Source: Octopus bimaculoides
Lineage: Eukaryota
Direction of reading: 5' to 3'
DNA length: 64,000 bases
Assembly (NCBI RefSeq): GCF_001194135.2
Contig: NC_069003.1
Coordinates: forward strand, 2,909,540-2,973,539
This document shows, piece by piece, positions 25,511 through 38,000 of this stretch (its first letter is position 1; every line of letters starts with the position of its first letter). The position numbers were made by a program, and so were the translations under genes. The notes under the pieces are model-generated. The model did not search any database and was not told the origin of the DNA. It saw only the letters and a program-made list of their open reading frames with translations.

Positions 25511-25700
25511 TACGGCTTCCATGGAACTTCTGGACCTTTTGGAGACCGAATCTCAATGATTTCACAACTTCGAAAATGTTGGTGAGAGAAATGTTGTTGC
25601 CCTGAATATTAGTGAAGCTCTCGACTATACCTCTTTTGTGAATCTCTGATGCAAATTATCAGCTTATAGATCCATCCATCTCTCAGCTATTTCCGTAACT
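25511..25700 (+). mobile_element. LINE reverse-transcriptase relic (CR1/Jockey/I-group type)
   Basis: YGF... then GERNVVALNISEALDYTSFVNL*CKLSAY resembles the RT motif VALDISKAFDRVWH..L..KL.AYG. It contains a stop and frameshifts. Confidence 0.6.
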
Positions 25701-26591
25701 TAGTGGTTTGGCAAATGATGTCGATAGATTTTTTTTTTAGTGTATCATTAATAGTGTTACCCCTGCATGGACACGTCCCAATGATCGACACACGTCAAAG
25801 TGAGAAGATATAGCAGATAACTTTGTAATATTTGGTATTTTTTCGATAGGAATTGAAAAGCAGCTTTCAGCATGGTGCTTGGTACATAGTTATGGTTGCA
25901 AAATAACAAATGATTCCATGCTTCTTAGCAATTTCAAAACTAATTTCAAAAATGAAAAATTCTAGCTTCCAGGAAAATATTCAGATTATTGTAAAACACT
26001 GTCAGAGCAACCACCGCATCAGGCAAAATACTTGAGAAAGTTATAGCAGTTTCTGTAAAACATCGATTAGTTTGTGAAATATATGAAATGGTTTTCGAAC
26101 ACGGGAAGTATCATACATTCGTGAAGGCAATCATTTTTGCTTTTTTTTTCCATAGAGAGAGTGAGAGACAATGCGAGAAGATCAAGCAGAACAAAGAAAT
26201 ATAGAAAAATACCTCTTTCAATTGATTCAGTTGGACGGCGCATTTCGTAATTGTCTGCTGACAGTTAGGAAAATAAATGCTATGATGAGCTTCTACATTG
26301 AAAATTTCCTTTGCAATTTGATGAGTCAACAGACTTTACCAATAAAAAGTTGCTATTGGCATTCATTCATTTTATTGACAGGGATAAAATAGTAAGTCGG
26401 TTTCTTCGTTGTAAAGAAATGCCAGGAACCACAAAAGAAGACATTTTTCAATTTTAAATAACGAACATTGAGAAATAAGTTTTAGCATGGACATCATGTT
26501 TGTATCTGGTTGTATATAGATATATATATGTGTGCATGCGTGTGTGTTTGTATAGAGAGAGAGGAGGAGTGAGAGACAGGGAGAGAGACGC

Positions 26592-26623
<32 letters not shown>

Positions 26624-26682
26624 TTGCATATTATATTGTATATTTGTATATCTTGTCTATAGTGTCTGAAAAGCTCTTACAA

Positions 26683-26940
26683 TACGCGTGTAAAATAAAG
26701 TAAAACCCGGTTGTTATTACACCTCGCTGCTTTCCACACAGAAACAGAGATTTCAAAAACATTCGGACGTGAATTGAAACAGGTTTTAGATCTAGTTATC
26801 GCAATAGTTTCTTTATTGAACTTACACCATTACAAACTCTGTTTGGCAAGATTTCGCAGCTCACAACCAATATGAATCGAAGTGTGAAATGGTGATCAAG
26901 AGGAAATATTCTCTACCGTGTGCATGAACTCCGAAAAGGG
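26683..26940 (+). mobile_element. hAT (Buster/Charlie-type) transposase relic
   Basis: Across frameshifts it reads RVK..NPVVITPRCFPHR / TEISKTFGRELKQVLDLVIAIV / PLQTLF / W*SRGNILYRVHELR. This matches the hAT CxxH motif (HCFxHRE..ASK...ELK.VLD.V..IVN) and the RWLSRG.VL.RVYELR motif in the correct order. Confidence 0.7.
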
Positions 26941-27511
26941 GATTTTTATTTGTTTACTTGTTCCTTTATCTATTTGCTTTTCAAAAAAAAAATAGATAAA
27001 ATTATTTTTTTCTGAGAATCTTCTGTTGTGTGAATTTTTGGACATCTAGCTTAGAATAACTGACAAAGTTATTTTAGTATCAGAAAACTCAGAACGGATG
27101 TATACAAGCAAAAAATGAAAAGAAATAAAATGAATGTACAAATAACCTAGCAACAATACAGAAAAAAAAAAACAGTTCTTATGTGATAACGATAAGCTTT
27201 ATATGTGAGTTTTAAAATGAGCTTGTTAGTAAATAAAACTCCTAAAATGGTAATTGCTCCACTGATAGAAATTATATTTTTTGTCAGTAAGGATGCAACA
27301 TGTTTGGCCCTGATATCCTTACACCGGAATTCTAATTAATGGTGGGTCGGGGAAGTTTTTTAGCCAATTGCCCCAAAATGTGTTTTTTTTTTGTGCCAGC
27401 GATACTCTCTTGATTTGAAAGGAAGAAAATCACTGATTTTTTTGATTCAAAAATGTATTGAATCTATTTATATACAGAATACAATTATAAATATAACAAG
27501 TATAAAGCAAA

Positions 27512-27630
27512 TGCTTTCGGCCCGAGGCTTTAGTAGAAAACACTAGCCCAAGTTGCCAAGCAGTGGGACTGAACTCGGAACCATGTTGTTGGTAAGCAAG
27601 CTACTTACCACATAACCACTCCTACTCACA
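27512..27630 (-). mobile_element. SINE family A, 5' head
   Basis: GCTTTCGGCCCGAGGCTTTAGTAGAAAACACTAGCCCAAGTTGCCAAGCAGTGGGACTGAACTCGGAACCATGTTGTTGGTAAGCAAGCTACTTACCACATAACCACTCCT. Confidence 0.9.
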
Positions 27631-27641
27631 CGCACATACAC

Positions 27642-27682
<41 letters not shown>

Positions 27683-27697
27683 TGTGTGTGTGTGTGT

Positions 27698-27735
<38 letters not shown>

Positions 27736-28987
27736 ATATTCGATAGGCCTATACACGCCTTCTGTCCATCAAATTCCCTGATAAGAAATTGGTTAATCTG
27801 CAGCTAGAAAAGTATATATTTGCCAAAAGTATCATGTGCTGGAGCAGACATCGAAATCACATCGTTGCGAATTGAAACGTCTTAACACACAACCAAACAT
27901 GTCACATTTTATTTTCTGTTTTCAATTTTATCTTTCAATCTGATTTTGGATTTTTCTTCATCAGGCCACATTAAACGTGAGCAACACAAGACACTTTTTA
28001 ATGCATTGAAGAGGAAAGGAGAGTTTGTATAAACATTTCTGAATGTACGTCAAGTCATCCAGTTCGACTTTCACATCAGCTTGATTAGTAAAACGCGATA
28101 AGCAATAATTTTACTCTGTATGTCATTATTCTTTATTTCAAAACTTAAAACGTATTTTGTTTTTTTTTTTAAATTCTTCTTTAGCTTTGCATATGAAGTG
28201 CGCCAGAAATTTTTACTTGATCTGTTCTGTGTCACAGAGTGAAAAAGACTTAGAACCATTGAAGTAAGCAATCAAAGCAAATGAAAATCAGATAGCTTTC
28301 TCTCGTCGTACTCACGATAGCTTTATACACTTCTCATATGCATACAGAAGATCAAATAAATGCTAGCAGCACCATCTTCCGATATTGCCGAGATAGCTAA
28401 ATATTATTATCTAACAGCAGATACTGTGCAGAATATATATATATATATATATATATTTTTAAACTCTGTCGTATGTTTCCATGTACGTAAGTTTAGTTCT
28501 ATAAGCGTACTTGTGAACATTCCGAACAGGAGGAGGAGATTGTTCGCTTGAGTATAATGAATAGCTCAGCAGATTACTCTGTGGGTTTTTGTACCAGTTA
28601 GATATGTTTGTGTCTAACGAGAGTCAGTGAGTATATGTAATATATAGCCATAATTTATGGAGTTGTAATACCAGGAGTATAGAACATTCTAATTGAGAAA
28701 TCGAGATTTTTTCATGTGCCCTTGCGTAGATGATACTGAAAACAATAAAGAAGAAAATAAAATTGAAAGACGTGAAATTGATTCTAAATTAGAGAAAAAT
28801 GTTTGTATAGATAGGAAATATAGCTAGAGAAGGGGAGGAAGACAAAGGAGGAGGATGGTGGAGGATGTGGAAGACGTAGAAAGAGAAAGAGGAAAAATGA
28901 AGGCGTACGGAAAAGAAAAAAACGAAGCAAGCCAATAAGAAATATTAGAAGAAAAAAAAGGACGACAGTGAAGAAGAGAGAGAAAAT

Positions 28988-29113
28988 GAAGAAGAAGAAG
29001 AAGAAGAAGAAGAAGAAGAAGAAGAAGAAGAAGAAGAAGAAGAAGAAGAAGAAGAAGAAGAAGAAGAAGAAGAAGAAGAAGAAGAAGAAGAAGAAGAAGA
29101 AGAAGAAGAAGAA
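28988..29113. repeat. Perfect (GAA)42 tract at the end of a ~300 bp purine-rich stretch
   Basis: 126 bp of uninterrupted GAA, counted from the sequence. Confidence 0.95.
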
Positions 29114-29820
29114 GCATAATGTGAAGTGAACAAAGTTTAAATGAGGAAGATGAAAGTTGGATGTATCAAAGACAGAGATCGATAGAAATGTTTTTAAATT
29201 AAAATTTCGCGGGTATTCATTTCTGGTGAGTTTTCGCCCTTTAGCTATAATCAGCCACACTTATGATAAACAAGTTATGGAAATTAAAGAAACGTACTTT
29301 AAAAGGATCCAGGTACAACCAACGGGCATACATCCAATTTTTTTTTCTAACTTAAGTTTTGATCTCTTAAATTAACTCACTTTTCTCCTTTGTTTCTTTG
29401 CTTATTTTTTTTGGCTTTTCACCATTAACAAATTTTCGATATTTTCTCAATGACTTTGACTTCACAGTTAAGGAAAGACGGGAGAACAATCTCATAATTG
29501 ACTTTTGAAAATGTTTGTGATGTTTATACCAAGTCAAAATAAACAGGACCTGAACACTTTAAACGTGAAACAAACGGTCTCACACACGGTGAAATAACTT
29601 ACACCTCTTACACTCTCTCGTACACGCACGCACATACACATACACAAGCAATCACACGCACACGCACATAATGCCTGTGCGTCAGTGTGTGCCTGTATAT
29701 GGACGTATGCATGTATATGTATGTATATATATTCGACAAAATGTAACGAATTTCAACATAAACAACAGTGTATTTTTTTATGTATGTTTGTATGTATGCA
29801 TATGTAAATAAATACCTGCC

Positions 29821-29868
<48 letters not shown>

Positions 29869-30094
29869 NNNNNNNNNNNNNNNNNNNNNNNNNNNNNNNN
29901 NNNNNNNNNNNNNNNNNNNNNNNNNNNNNNNNNNNNNNNNNNNNNNNNNNNNNNNNNNNNNNNNNNNNNNNNNNNNNNNNNNNNNNNNNNNNNNNNNNNN
30001 NNNNNNNNNNNNNNNNNNNNNNNNNNNNNNNNNNNNNNNNNNNNNNNNNNNNNNNNNNNNNNTGTGTGTGTGTGTGTGTGTGTGTATCTGCGCA

Positions 30095-30435
30095 TGTGAG
30101 TTAAGGCGCATGGTCCTGTGCTTAGATCGTCGGCTCAATCGTGAGGTAATTCGATTCCCGGGCGGGACTGTGTATTGTGTTCTTGAGCAAGACACTTTAT
30201 TTCACGTTGCTCCAGTTCACTCGGATGTAGAAATGACTTGCGACGTCACTGGTGCTAAGACGTAACGACCCCTTTGTTTTTCCCTTGGATAATATCAGTG
30301 TCATGGAGAGGGAAATCTGGCATGTAAAGAGCGACTGCTGGTTTTCCATAAAGAACCTTGACCGGAGATATACCTCGGTGGGTAACTTTCTAGGTACAAC
30401 CCCATGGTCATTTATGACCGCCTGGTGTCTTTACA
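30095..30435 (+). mobile_element. SINE family B, long copy
   Basis: GGCGCATGGTCCTGTGCTTAG (A-box-like) and TTCGATTCCCGGG (B-box-like), then TTGTGTTCTTGAGCAAGACACTTTATTTCACGTTGCTCCAGTTCACTC and a distinct 3' tail. Confidence 0.85.
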
Positions 30436-30602
30436 TTTAATCCTTTACCCTATATATATGAATGTATATATAGATTTGTATCTATTTACGTTAATGTATA
30501 TATATGTGGGTGCATCAGTGTGTGTATGCACGCAGAGGTACTTTTATATAGGCGTTTGTTTATGTATGTCCGTGCGAATACATATGCATGTAAATATGTA
30601 AA

Positions 30603-30720
30603 GCGAGCGTAGGCTCGAAACGTAAAAGACTTTTCTATTGTACCCGAGCGTTAAACTAAAACACCTGCTTGTTGTTCCTACACCTGTCTTCGTCATTTTT
30701 TTTTTCTGAAAACGTAAACT
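30603..30720 (+). repeat. Dispersed repeat carrying the 3' half of the hammerhead-like motif (same family as 2200-2271)
   Basis: GAGC-GTAG-GCTC (30605-16), GAAAC (30617-21), GTA (30622-24), AAAGA (30625-29). The upstream core is eroded by the AT-rich simple repeat. Confidence 0.55.
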
Positions 30721-31226
30721 TTATATGTATGCATAGCTATGCATATTCGTTTATATATGCCGATGTATCTATAGCTCAGAATTCGTAACACTTTTCTGAA
30801 TTAAAACGAAAGCAACATTCAACAATTGTTCCGAATCGGCTATGAGGATGTTGACAGACAAACACTCGTTGTTGATTGTCATTTCTAACAAGTTGAAACA
30901 ACTGTAAGCTTGTGATTATGGTAAATCAACTCTTGTTGTATCATTTATTTTTCATGTTTATTTAGTACTTAAATTGTTGTTGAAGTGAGTTTCCTTATGA
31001 TGTGAATAATTGTGATTACACACTGTCAAATAGACGCAACATTAGAAATATATAAAATTTATTGACTTCTTATTAGTCATCTTATGTCTAAAGAGAATTA
31101 TATTGTACACACGCTCATACACACACAGAAACGCACATGCACACACCCATACATAGACTAACACATATATATGTAGATATGTATATACAAGCCTTTGTAA
31201 GCATATGTATACATATGTGAACGTAG

Positions 31227-31272
<46 letters not shown>

Positions 31273-31575
31273 GATATGTATATGTACGAATGAGAATACA
31301 TACTTAAACACACACACATATACACACACACAGACACATTGGCATGTACATAAATTTACAAATTTCTACTAAATATATTTTAATTTTCTGCTTCGTGCGC
31401 TTTTTTTCTTTTTGGTCACACCATTGGTAGTCATATAGATGAATACATACATACACACCACCTTACGTTCATTCATTTAGACAGAGTGATATATATGTAT
31501 ACACGCAGATGTAAATAATTTTATATTTCTTATTGGTATTCATATTAAATATAGTTTACCCTTATCGCAAATGAA

Positions 31576-31624
<49 letters not shown>

Positions 31625-32763
31625 CGTGTATGCATGCATACATATACACACATATATATACATATACATCTCTCTCTCTCTCTCTCTCTACATATANNNN
31701 NNNNNNNNNNNNNNNNNNNNNNNNNNNNNNNNNNNNNNNNNNNNNNNNNNNNNNNNNNNNNNNNNNNNNNNNNNNNNNNNNNNNNNNNNNNNNNNNNNNN
31801 NNNNNNNNNNNNNNNNNNNNNNNNNNNNNNNNNNNNNNNNNNNNNNNNNNNNNNNNNNNNNNNNNNNNNNNNNNNNNNNNNNNNNNNNNNNNNNNNNNNN
31901 NNNNNNNNNNNNNNNNNNNNNNNNNNNNNNNNNNNNNNNNNNNNNNNNNNNNNNNNNNNNNNNNNNNNNNNNNNNNNNNNNNNNNNNNNNNNNNNNNNNN
32001 NNNNNNNNNNNNNNNNNNNNNNNNNNNNNNNNNNNNNNNNNNNNNNNNNNNNNNNNNNNNNNNNNNNNNNNNNNNNNNNNNNNNNNNNNNNNNNNNNNNN
32101 NNNNNNNNNNNNNNNNNNNNNNNNNNNNNNNNNNNNNNNNNNNNNNNNNNNNNNNNNNNNNNNNNNNNNNNNNNNNNNNNNNNNNNNNNNNNNNNNNNNN
32201 NNNNNNNNNNNNNNNNNNNNNNNNNNNNNNNNNNNNNNNNNNNNNNNNNNNNNNNNNNNNNNNNNNNNNNNNNNNNNNNNNNNNNNNNNNNNNNNNNNNN
32301 NNNNNNNNTTATTAGGTTTTTAACTTTTAAATTTTCATATTCAAAGGAGACAGAGACTTCAAATTCGATATATCGATTTATTCACCACTCTATGTTAACA
32401 TTTCTGTGCCAAACGTATCCAGTGACTGGTCCATTGGATTTAGACATTTGGCACTTCTTCAGGAGTGGTTACCATTCGAACAAAACACGAACAAACACAT
32501 ACATAACTATTATTAAATCCTTAGAATCTCGTTAGATTTCATTTATGTTATTATAGGGGAGATTACTCCTTAATTTTCTATTTTTATTGCTCTCCTGTGA
32601 ATTTCCACTAGATTAATTAATTATTTTGTTTATTTCTCTTTACTATACTATATTACCCGTTCCTTTACTCGTGTACATATCCATACATACACTTTACCCG
32701 TATACTTATCCATATATGCATACACACACACATATATATATACATGTATGTATACACATATAT

Positions 32764-32864
<101 letters not shown>

Positions 32865-33480
32865 CGCATGCACATACACACACACATATATATACACATG
32901 TAGGCAGCATTATAATTGTCAATGTTGTCATCCTCTTCCTCGTCGTTATCATCTCTTCATATTTTCAAATTGTCTTGGTTTTTTGCATACAAACACACAC
33001 ATATATAAAGGAAGATTAACTCAATTTTAGTCGAACCATCCGCCATGACTGCCTTACCTCCCCTTTTACTCCAAACTTCTTTCTTTTCCTCTCTTCTTTC
33101 TCACTCCCTTTCCCTACCTGTTTTCCTTACTCTCGCCTACTTCGCTCCTCTCAACGCTTCTACTCCTGCCTTCTACATCCATTTCTGCTGTTCTACTCTT
33201 CCTTCCCCTCTCTTACCTCTTTTCCTACACCCTCTAACCCGCACAGCCCAACCCGTGTCATCATTGTCTCAATATTCAGTGATGAATATTTAACCTTTGG
33301 AGATTAGAAACACTTTTTAGACTTTGAAAATTTAATATTTTCCACCATTAACATTAATTCTATAATTCTATTTACCATTTCCAACAATACATTTTTCTTT
33401 TCTATGTCTGTCTTTCCGTTTATATTTCCTTCATTTTGTCGTTGTCGTCGTCCTCGCCACTGTTTTTGTTTTTGCTGATG

Positions 33481-33483
<3 letters not shown>

Positions 33484-33532
<49 letters not shown>

Positions 33533-33990
33533 CATTATTATTCAGTAGTCTTATTTCAATAACGTACTTTCACTGCACTACCGAGCGCAGCTCGGTGTGG
33601 CTTGGATATGTGCTGTGGTTTGTTGTGATGCTTGTATTTTTACTGTATTGAAAGTGTTTTACGTAGGATGTGTGCGGTGCCTAGTAGTGCTATCTTCCGT
33701 ATGTTATATATACTTATTACTCATCATTCGAGTTACCTCTATTGCCAGGTCTTTGCATTTTCAATGTTTCTCCATTTCTTTTAGAGAAATGTTGTCATGT
33801 GTTGGTATTTATACATCAATTAGAAGCCATATTTTCTTCCTGTTCTCTGGCATATTGGCCTTAATTTCTGTATCTGTGTGTATTGCTGCTTTCTCATTTT
33901 CCGTAACCTTTTCTAGCGTGTGCCTATACCATCTTTTTTCTGTTGTTATTCCATATTCTTTGCATAACTTCCAGTGTACATAGAATATGT
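33484..33990 (-). mobile_element. R4/Dong-like RLE non-LTR retrotransposon 3' fragment with 3' UTR hairpin and (TAA)n tail
   Basis: The - strand reads YVHWKLCKEYGITTEKRWYRHTLEKVTENEKAAIHTDTEIKANMPE..LLIDV*IPTHDNISLKEMEK..KDLAIEVTRM (restriction-like endonuclease region with deletions), then KIALLGTAHILRKTLSIQ* (33696-33640). The 3' UTR has the hairpin ACCGAGC-nnn-GCTCGGT (33580-96), followed by (AAT)n at 33542-33484. Confidence 0.85.
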
Positions 33991-34002
33991 GTTGATGGAT
34001 AA

Positions 34003-34140
34003 GAAACAATAAATCATATTGTCTCTGGCTGCCCAGTACTGGCTAAGAAGGAATATATGTACAGACACGTCAGAGTTGTGATCTACATACACTGGAAGCT
34101 ATGCCAAGACTAAAATATCCCGAAAGTGACCGAAACAATT
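34003..34140 (+). mobile_element. Inverted fragment of the same R4/Dong-like element (zinc-knuckle end)
   Basis: ETINHIVSGCPVLAKKEYMYRHVRVVIYIHWKLCQD*NIPK is the H..SGC knuckle plus the RH motif that precedes the RLE domain. It overlaps the - strand fragment at HWKLC. Confidence 0.8.
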
Positions 34141-34469
34141 GGAGAATTCAATGTGAAATGGAAGAACTGGACAAGTAAATGAAAAGACCAAGGTGTAGAA
34201 AGGATAATTCGTCTAAAGACCAATTCATCGAATACAAATAAATCAAAATAAAATTTTGAAGTGATATTTCTTCAAAATATATATCAATACAAAATATATT
34301 CACAGTAAAATCATTGATTAATTTCTCATTTGAAGGAGGTATTGGTTTTTAGATTAAAAATATTATTCAGATTATCTTCAGGTCATCTTGAAATTTCTCT
34401 ACAAGAAAATAAACGATAATAGATACTTAATCACGACTAATTATTTTTTTAAAATGTGTTTATAAAACC

Positions 34470-34725
34470 ACACCGTGGAGGTACGTGTCTTAATTGTTGG
34501 GGTGTTGTATTTGTGATCGTAAGATTGTAGTTTTTATGAATTCTTGTGGGGGCGATGCGTTGTGTTCTTGAGCAAAATACTTCATTTCAAGTTGCTTCAG
34601 TCTCCTGAGCTATAGAAACGAGAAATGCAGGATACTCTTGCGATGGACGGGCGTCCTTTCTAATATGGTCGATGAAATATATATGCCATAGAATCTGGGA
34701 AAAGATCCTTTGGCTCGGAAAGGAT
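34470..34725 (+). mobile_element. SINE family B copy with GCGATGGAC..GCGTCC tail
   Basis: GATGCGTTGTGTTCTTGAGCAAAATACTTCATTTCAAGTTGC...GCGATGGACGGGCGTCC...CCATAGAATCTGGGA. Confidence 0.8.
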
Positions 34726-34874
34726 CTTGGATATGTTTTCTTTCGATTTGAAAATAAGACAAGTTATTCAATTTCTTTCATTGAAATATATTTGAATTAT
34801 TTTTGTGAATGCGTTGCGTCTAGTGGATGGTTCTAGCGTCTCATATCATTTATGGGTAGAACATTGATTGCAAA

Positions 34875-35075
34875 TTTTGGTAGAAGGCCAGTAATTTCGG
34901 AGGAGGCAGTTACTTCGACTCCAGTGCATGACTGGTAATTATTTTATGGACTCCGGAAAGATGAAATATAAAGTTGACTTCAGCGGAATTTGAACTCAGA
35001 ACGTAAAATGACGGACGAAATAGCGCTGAGTAGTTTACTTGCCATCATAAGGATTCTGCCAGCTCTCCGTTATTT
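34875..35075 (-). mobile_element. SINE family C
   Basis: AAAGTTGACTTCAGCGGAATTTGAACTCAGAACGTAAAATGACGGACGAAATAGCGCTGAG...GGATTCTGCCAGCTCTCCG. Confidence 0.85.
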
Positions 35076-35634
35076 TATGGCCGGTATACTGTCAATTAAA
35101 TCAGATGAATAGTTTCATTCGTACGTAATTTATTGACCCAAAATGAATGATAGGCAAAATTGAACAAGACGGAATTTGATTGCAGGAGTTAAAGGGAAGT
35201 CACTCAACGATGCAGACGAATTTAATTCCAAGCATTCCCAATTAATTGCAACGCAATTTGTTGTTTTCCTAATAAATGTTCTTTTTCTAACACTCACGAG
35301 ACAAGAACACTTCAATGGACATAAGTGCTTCGCCGATATTTAAATTAATAACCCCATTTAATTATTGCATCTCTTTTTTTCTTCTTTTTTTCCGGAGTAC
35401 GCTAATGATTGTATAAGTAAAGGCCACGTTTTGTGTTTCGCGCATATAATTTCCTGTCGTCAAATATTGTGAGTTACAGATAATCGATAGCCCTTACTTA
35501 TATATTAACCCTTAGGTCTATATATGTGAAGGAGTTCACTTTTGTTCGTCTCTGTGCTGGTATGAGGCAGCAGTCGCGCTGGTTTGCTGCCGCCGTTCGG
35601 GTTTTTATTTTTACCATTTTTTCTTCTTTTTGCC

Positions 35635-35835
35635 GTAAAGTGGTTGTTTTATGAATTCCTGGGTCGAGCGATCCGTTGTGTTCTTGAGCAAAACACTTCA
35701 TTTCACATTGTTTCAGTCTCCTGAGTTGTAGAACCGAGAAATGCAGGGTACTCATGCGATGGATAGGCGTCCCGTCCAAACCGGTCGATGAAATACATAT
35801 ATGTGCCATAGAATCTGGGAAATGGGCCTTTCGGT
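35635..35835 (+). mobile_element. SINE family B, headless copy and near-sister of 34520-34725
   Basis: It shares TTTTTATGAATTC, TTCAGTCTCCTGAG, GAGAAATGCAGG.TACTC and GTCGATGAAATA with the copy 1.1 kb upstream. Confidence 0.8.
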
Positions 35836-36447
35836 GGGTACCTTTCCGTACGTCGTTGAGCGAGTAACGACGTATCGCACGGAAGTCAGCAGTTGTAGTA
35901 GCAAATACCGAAACCCTACAAGGGGTTTCGCCATGGAAACTGGGTGACCTGCCCTGCGAGATTTATGTCTCCAATCATGAAAATACAGGGGCCCAATGAT
36001 GAAAAAAGAAGTCGACCTTCACGGGTTTTGAACTGAACGAGAAAAAAACCGGAACAAATGTAACAAATCATTTAGTCTGACACTCTATCAACCCTACCAG
36101 CGGACCGCTTGCTATTTCTCTAGAAAAACCTAACATTAATAACAAATGTTAGATTGTTTTTTTAAATCATTCAGCAGATAATATGGAAATGGTATTTTGT
36201 TTCATTCTTTTACCAATTCAGACAGAATTTGTGTTGTGACATTACTGAATGATTTTTAATATAAGCAAAAACAATTTATTTTCACCATTTAACCTTTCTC
36301 CAAAAGAATCGGTAAAATACAGAATATAATTGACACTCAAATAAAAAAACTAAATATACCCGAGAAAATACAAGATGGACTTCCAGAAAGTAAACAAAAG
36401 CTAATTTAAACAATTATACAACGCAAATTGCTTTAAAAATTTGAATT

Positions 36448-36502
<55 letters not shown>

Positions 36503-36656
36503 GCGTATATAAATATATGCTTCTTGCTTCTTTGTTTTGTTTTTTATTTTAACGTTATGTTTCTATTGCTTCTATTTCTAATATACTTTAAAATCGAATT
36601 ATATATATATATATATATATATATACAAATATATATGCCTACATATACACACACAC

Positions 36657-36705
<49 letters not shown>

Positions 36706-36824
36706 TACATATGTACTAAGCATTAATTATGGTTTTGATTACGATTTGTATAGTTTTCTCTATTTTGTAATATTCTCATTGTTCTGGATTGTTATTGAAA
36801 AAAAAAAAAAATTATCAATAGCAT

Positions 36825-37075
36825 CAACATCATCATTATCATCATCATCATCATCATCATCATTATCATCATCATCGCATATTATTATTATTATTATTAT
36901 TATTGTTGGTTTTGTTGTCGTTGTTGTTTTTTCTTGCTCTTGTTGTTCTTGCATTTGTTGTTGTTTTGGTTTCAGCTGCTGCTTCTGCTACCGCTGCTGC
37001 TTCTGCTACCGCTGCTGCTTCTGCTACCGCTGCTGCTGCTGTTGTTGTAGTTGATGTTGCAGTTGTTGTGGTAGC
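36825..37075. repeat. Compound microsatellite (TCA)-(TTA)-(TTG)-(CTG) containing an 18-bp minisatellite x3 (36975-37028)
   Basis: GCTGCTGCTTCTGCTACC is repeated three times exactly. Confidence 0.9.
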
Positions 37076-37694
37076 TGTGATATTATCTTTCATGTATTCT
37101 ATTGCTGAGATTAATTCTATTTATTCTTTCTATGTGCATCTCTCGTAATCTATTTAAAAACTAAATGGAGTCCTTATATTTAATTATGATTTCAGACAGA
37201 TAGAGTTGATTTTAATAGTCGTAACATTATATAGCTATATAAATGATCACCCCCCACCCAAAGACCCGCACTCACACACACACATACGAAGGTAGACACG
37301 CACACACACACACTTATATATATATATGTATATATATATATATACATACATATATGTGTGCATATATAAATAATTGTATATACATACGTGTATATGTATA
37401 TTTATGTGTGTGTATCTATGAATGTATGTATCTCTGTGTGTGTATATGTAATATGGGCGTATCTCACTATCGAGAATTGAGTTAGTATCAGGATATACTA
37501 TGCTTTCTCCTTTTATTTTAAGTGGTCGTGTTAAACGCGAGCGGATGCAGGCACAATCACGTATCTCTCACACATGGTGCCACAGAGACAAACATGCAGA
37601 AGGTGACATTTGGAAGAAGAGATGGCAGCTCACCCTTTGACCGATACTATGGTACTATGTTTCTATGTTACTATGGTACTATGGCTGTAGAGGC

Positions 37695-37835
37695 CTATAG
37701 CTTAGTGCGTAGAGTTTTGGACTCGTGATTGTAAGAGTCTGAATTTGATTCTTCCAACGGGTGCAGTGCTGTTTTCTTGAGCAAGATCCTATACCTCTCG
37801 TTGCTCCAGCCCACTCAACTGTTAAAAATGCGTAT
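37695..37835 (+). mobile_element. SINE family B, decayed
   Basis: GCTTAGTGCGTAGAG...TTTCTTGAGCAAGA...CGTTGCTCCAGCCCACTCAACTG. Confidence 0.7.
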
Positions 37836-37879
37836 TCTTGTAATAGAATGCTAAGCATAGAGGGGACAAACTAGGACTG

Positions 37880-38000
37880 TTACTTATTTAATCGACCTTG
37901 AAAGAATGAAAGGCAAAGTCGACCTCGGTGGAATTTGAACTCACAACGTAACGGCAGACGAAATACCGCTAGGCATTTCTGCCAGCTCACCACCCTTAAA
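37880..38000 (-). mobile_element. SINE family C, well preserved core
   Basis: AATCGACCTTGAAAGAATGAAAGGCAAAGTCGACCTCGGTGGAATTTGAACTCACAACGTAACGGCAGACGAAATACCGCTAGGCATTTCTGCCAGCTCACC. Confidence 0.9.

Noticed and set aside
26156-26392. 73-aa ORF bracketed by a strong acceptor and a GTAAGT donor
   Set aside because: There is an in-frame stop just after the acceptor, the peptide is AT-rich and unrecognisable, and there is no independent support.
27965-28032. Acceptor TTTTTCTTCATCAG followed by GHIKREQHKTLFNALKRKGEFV*
   Set aside because: No good donor, too short, and no recognisable domain.
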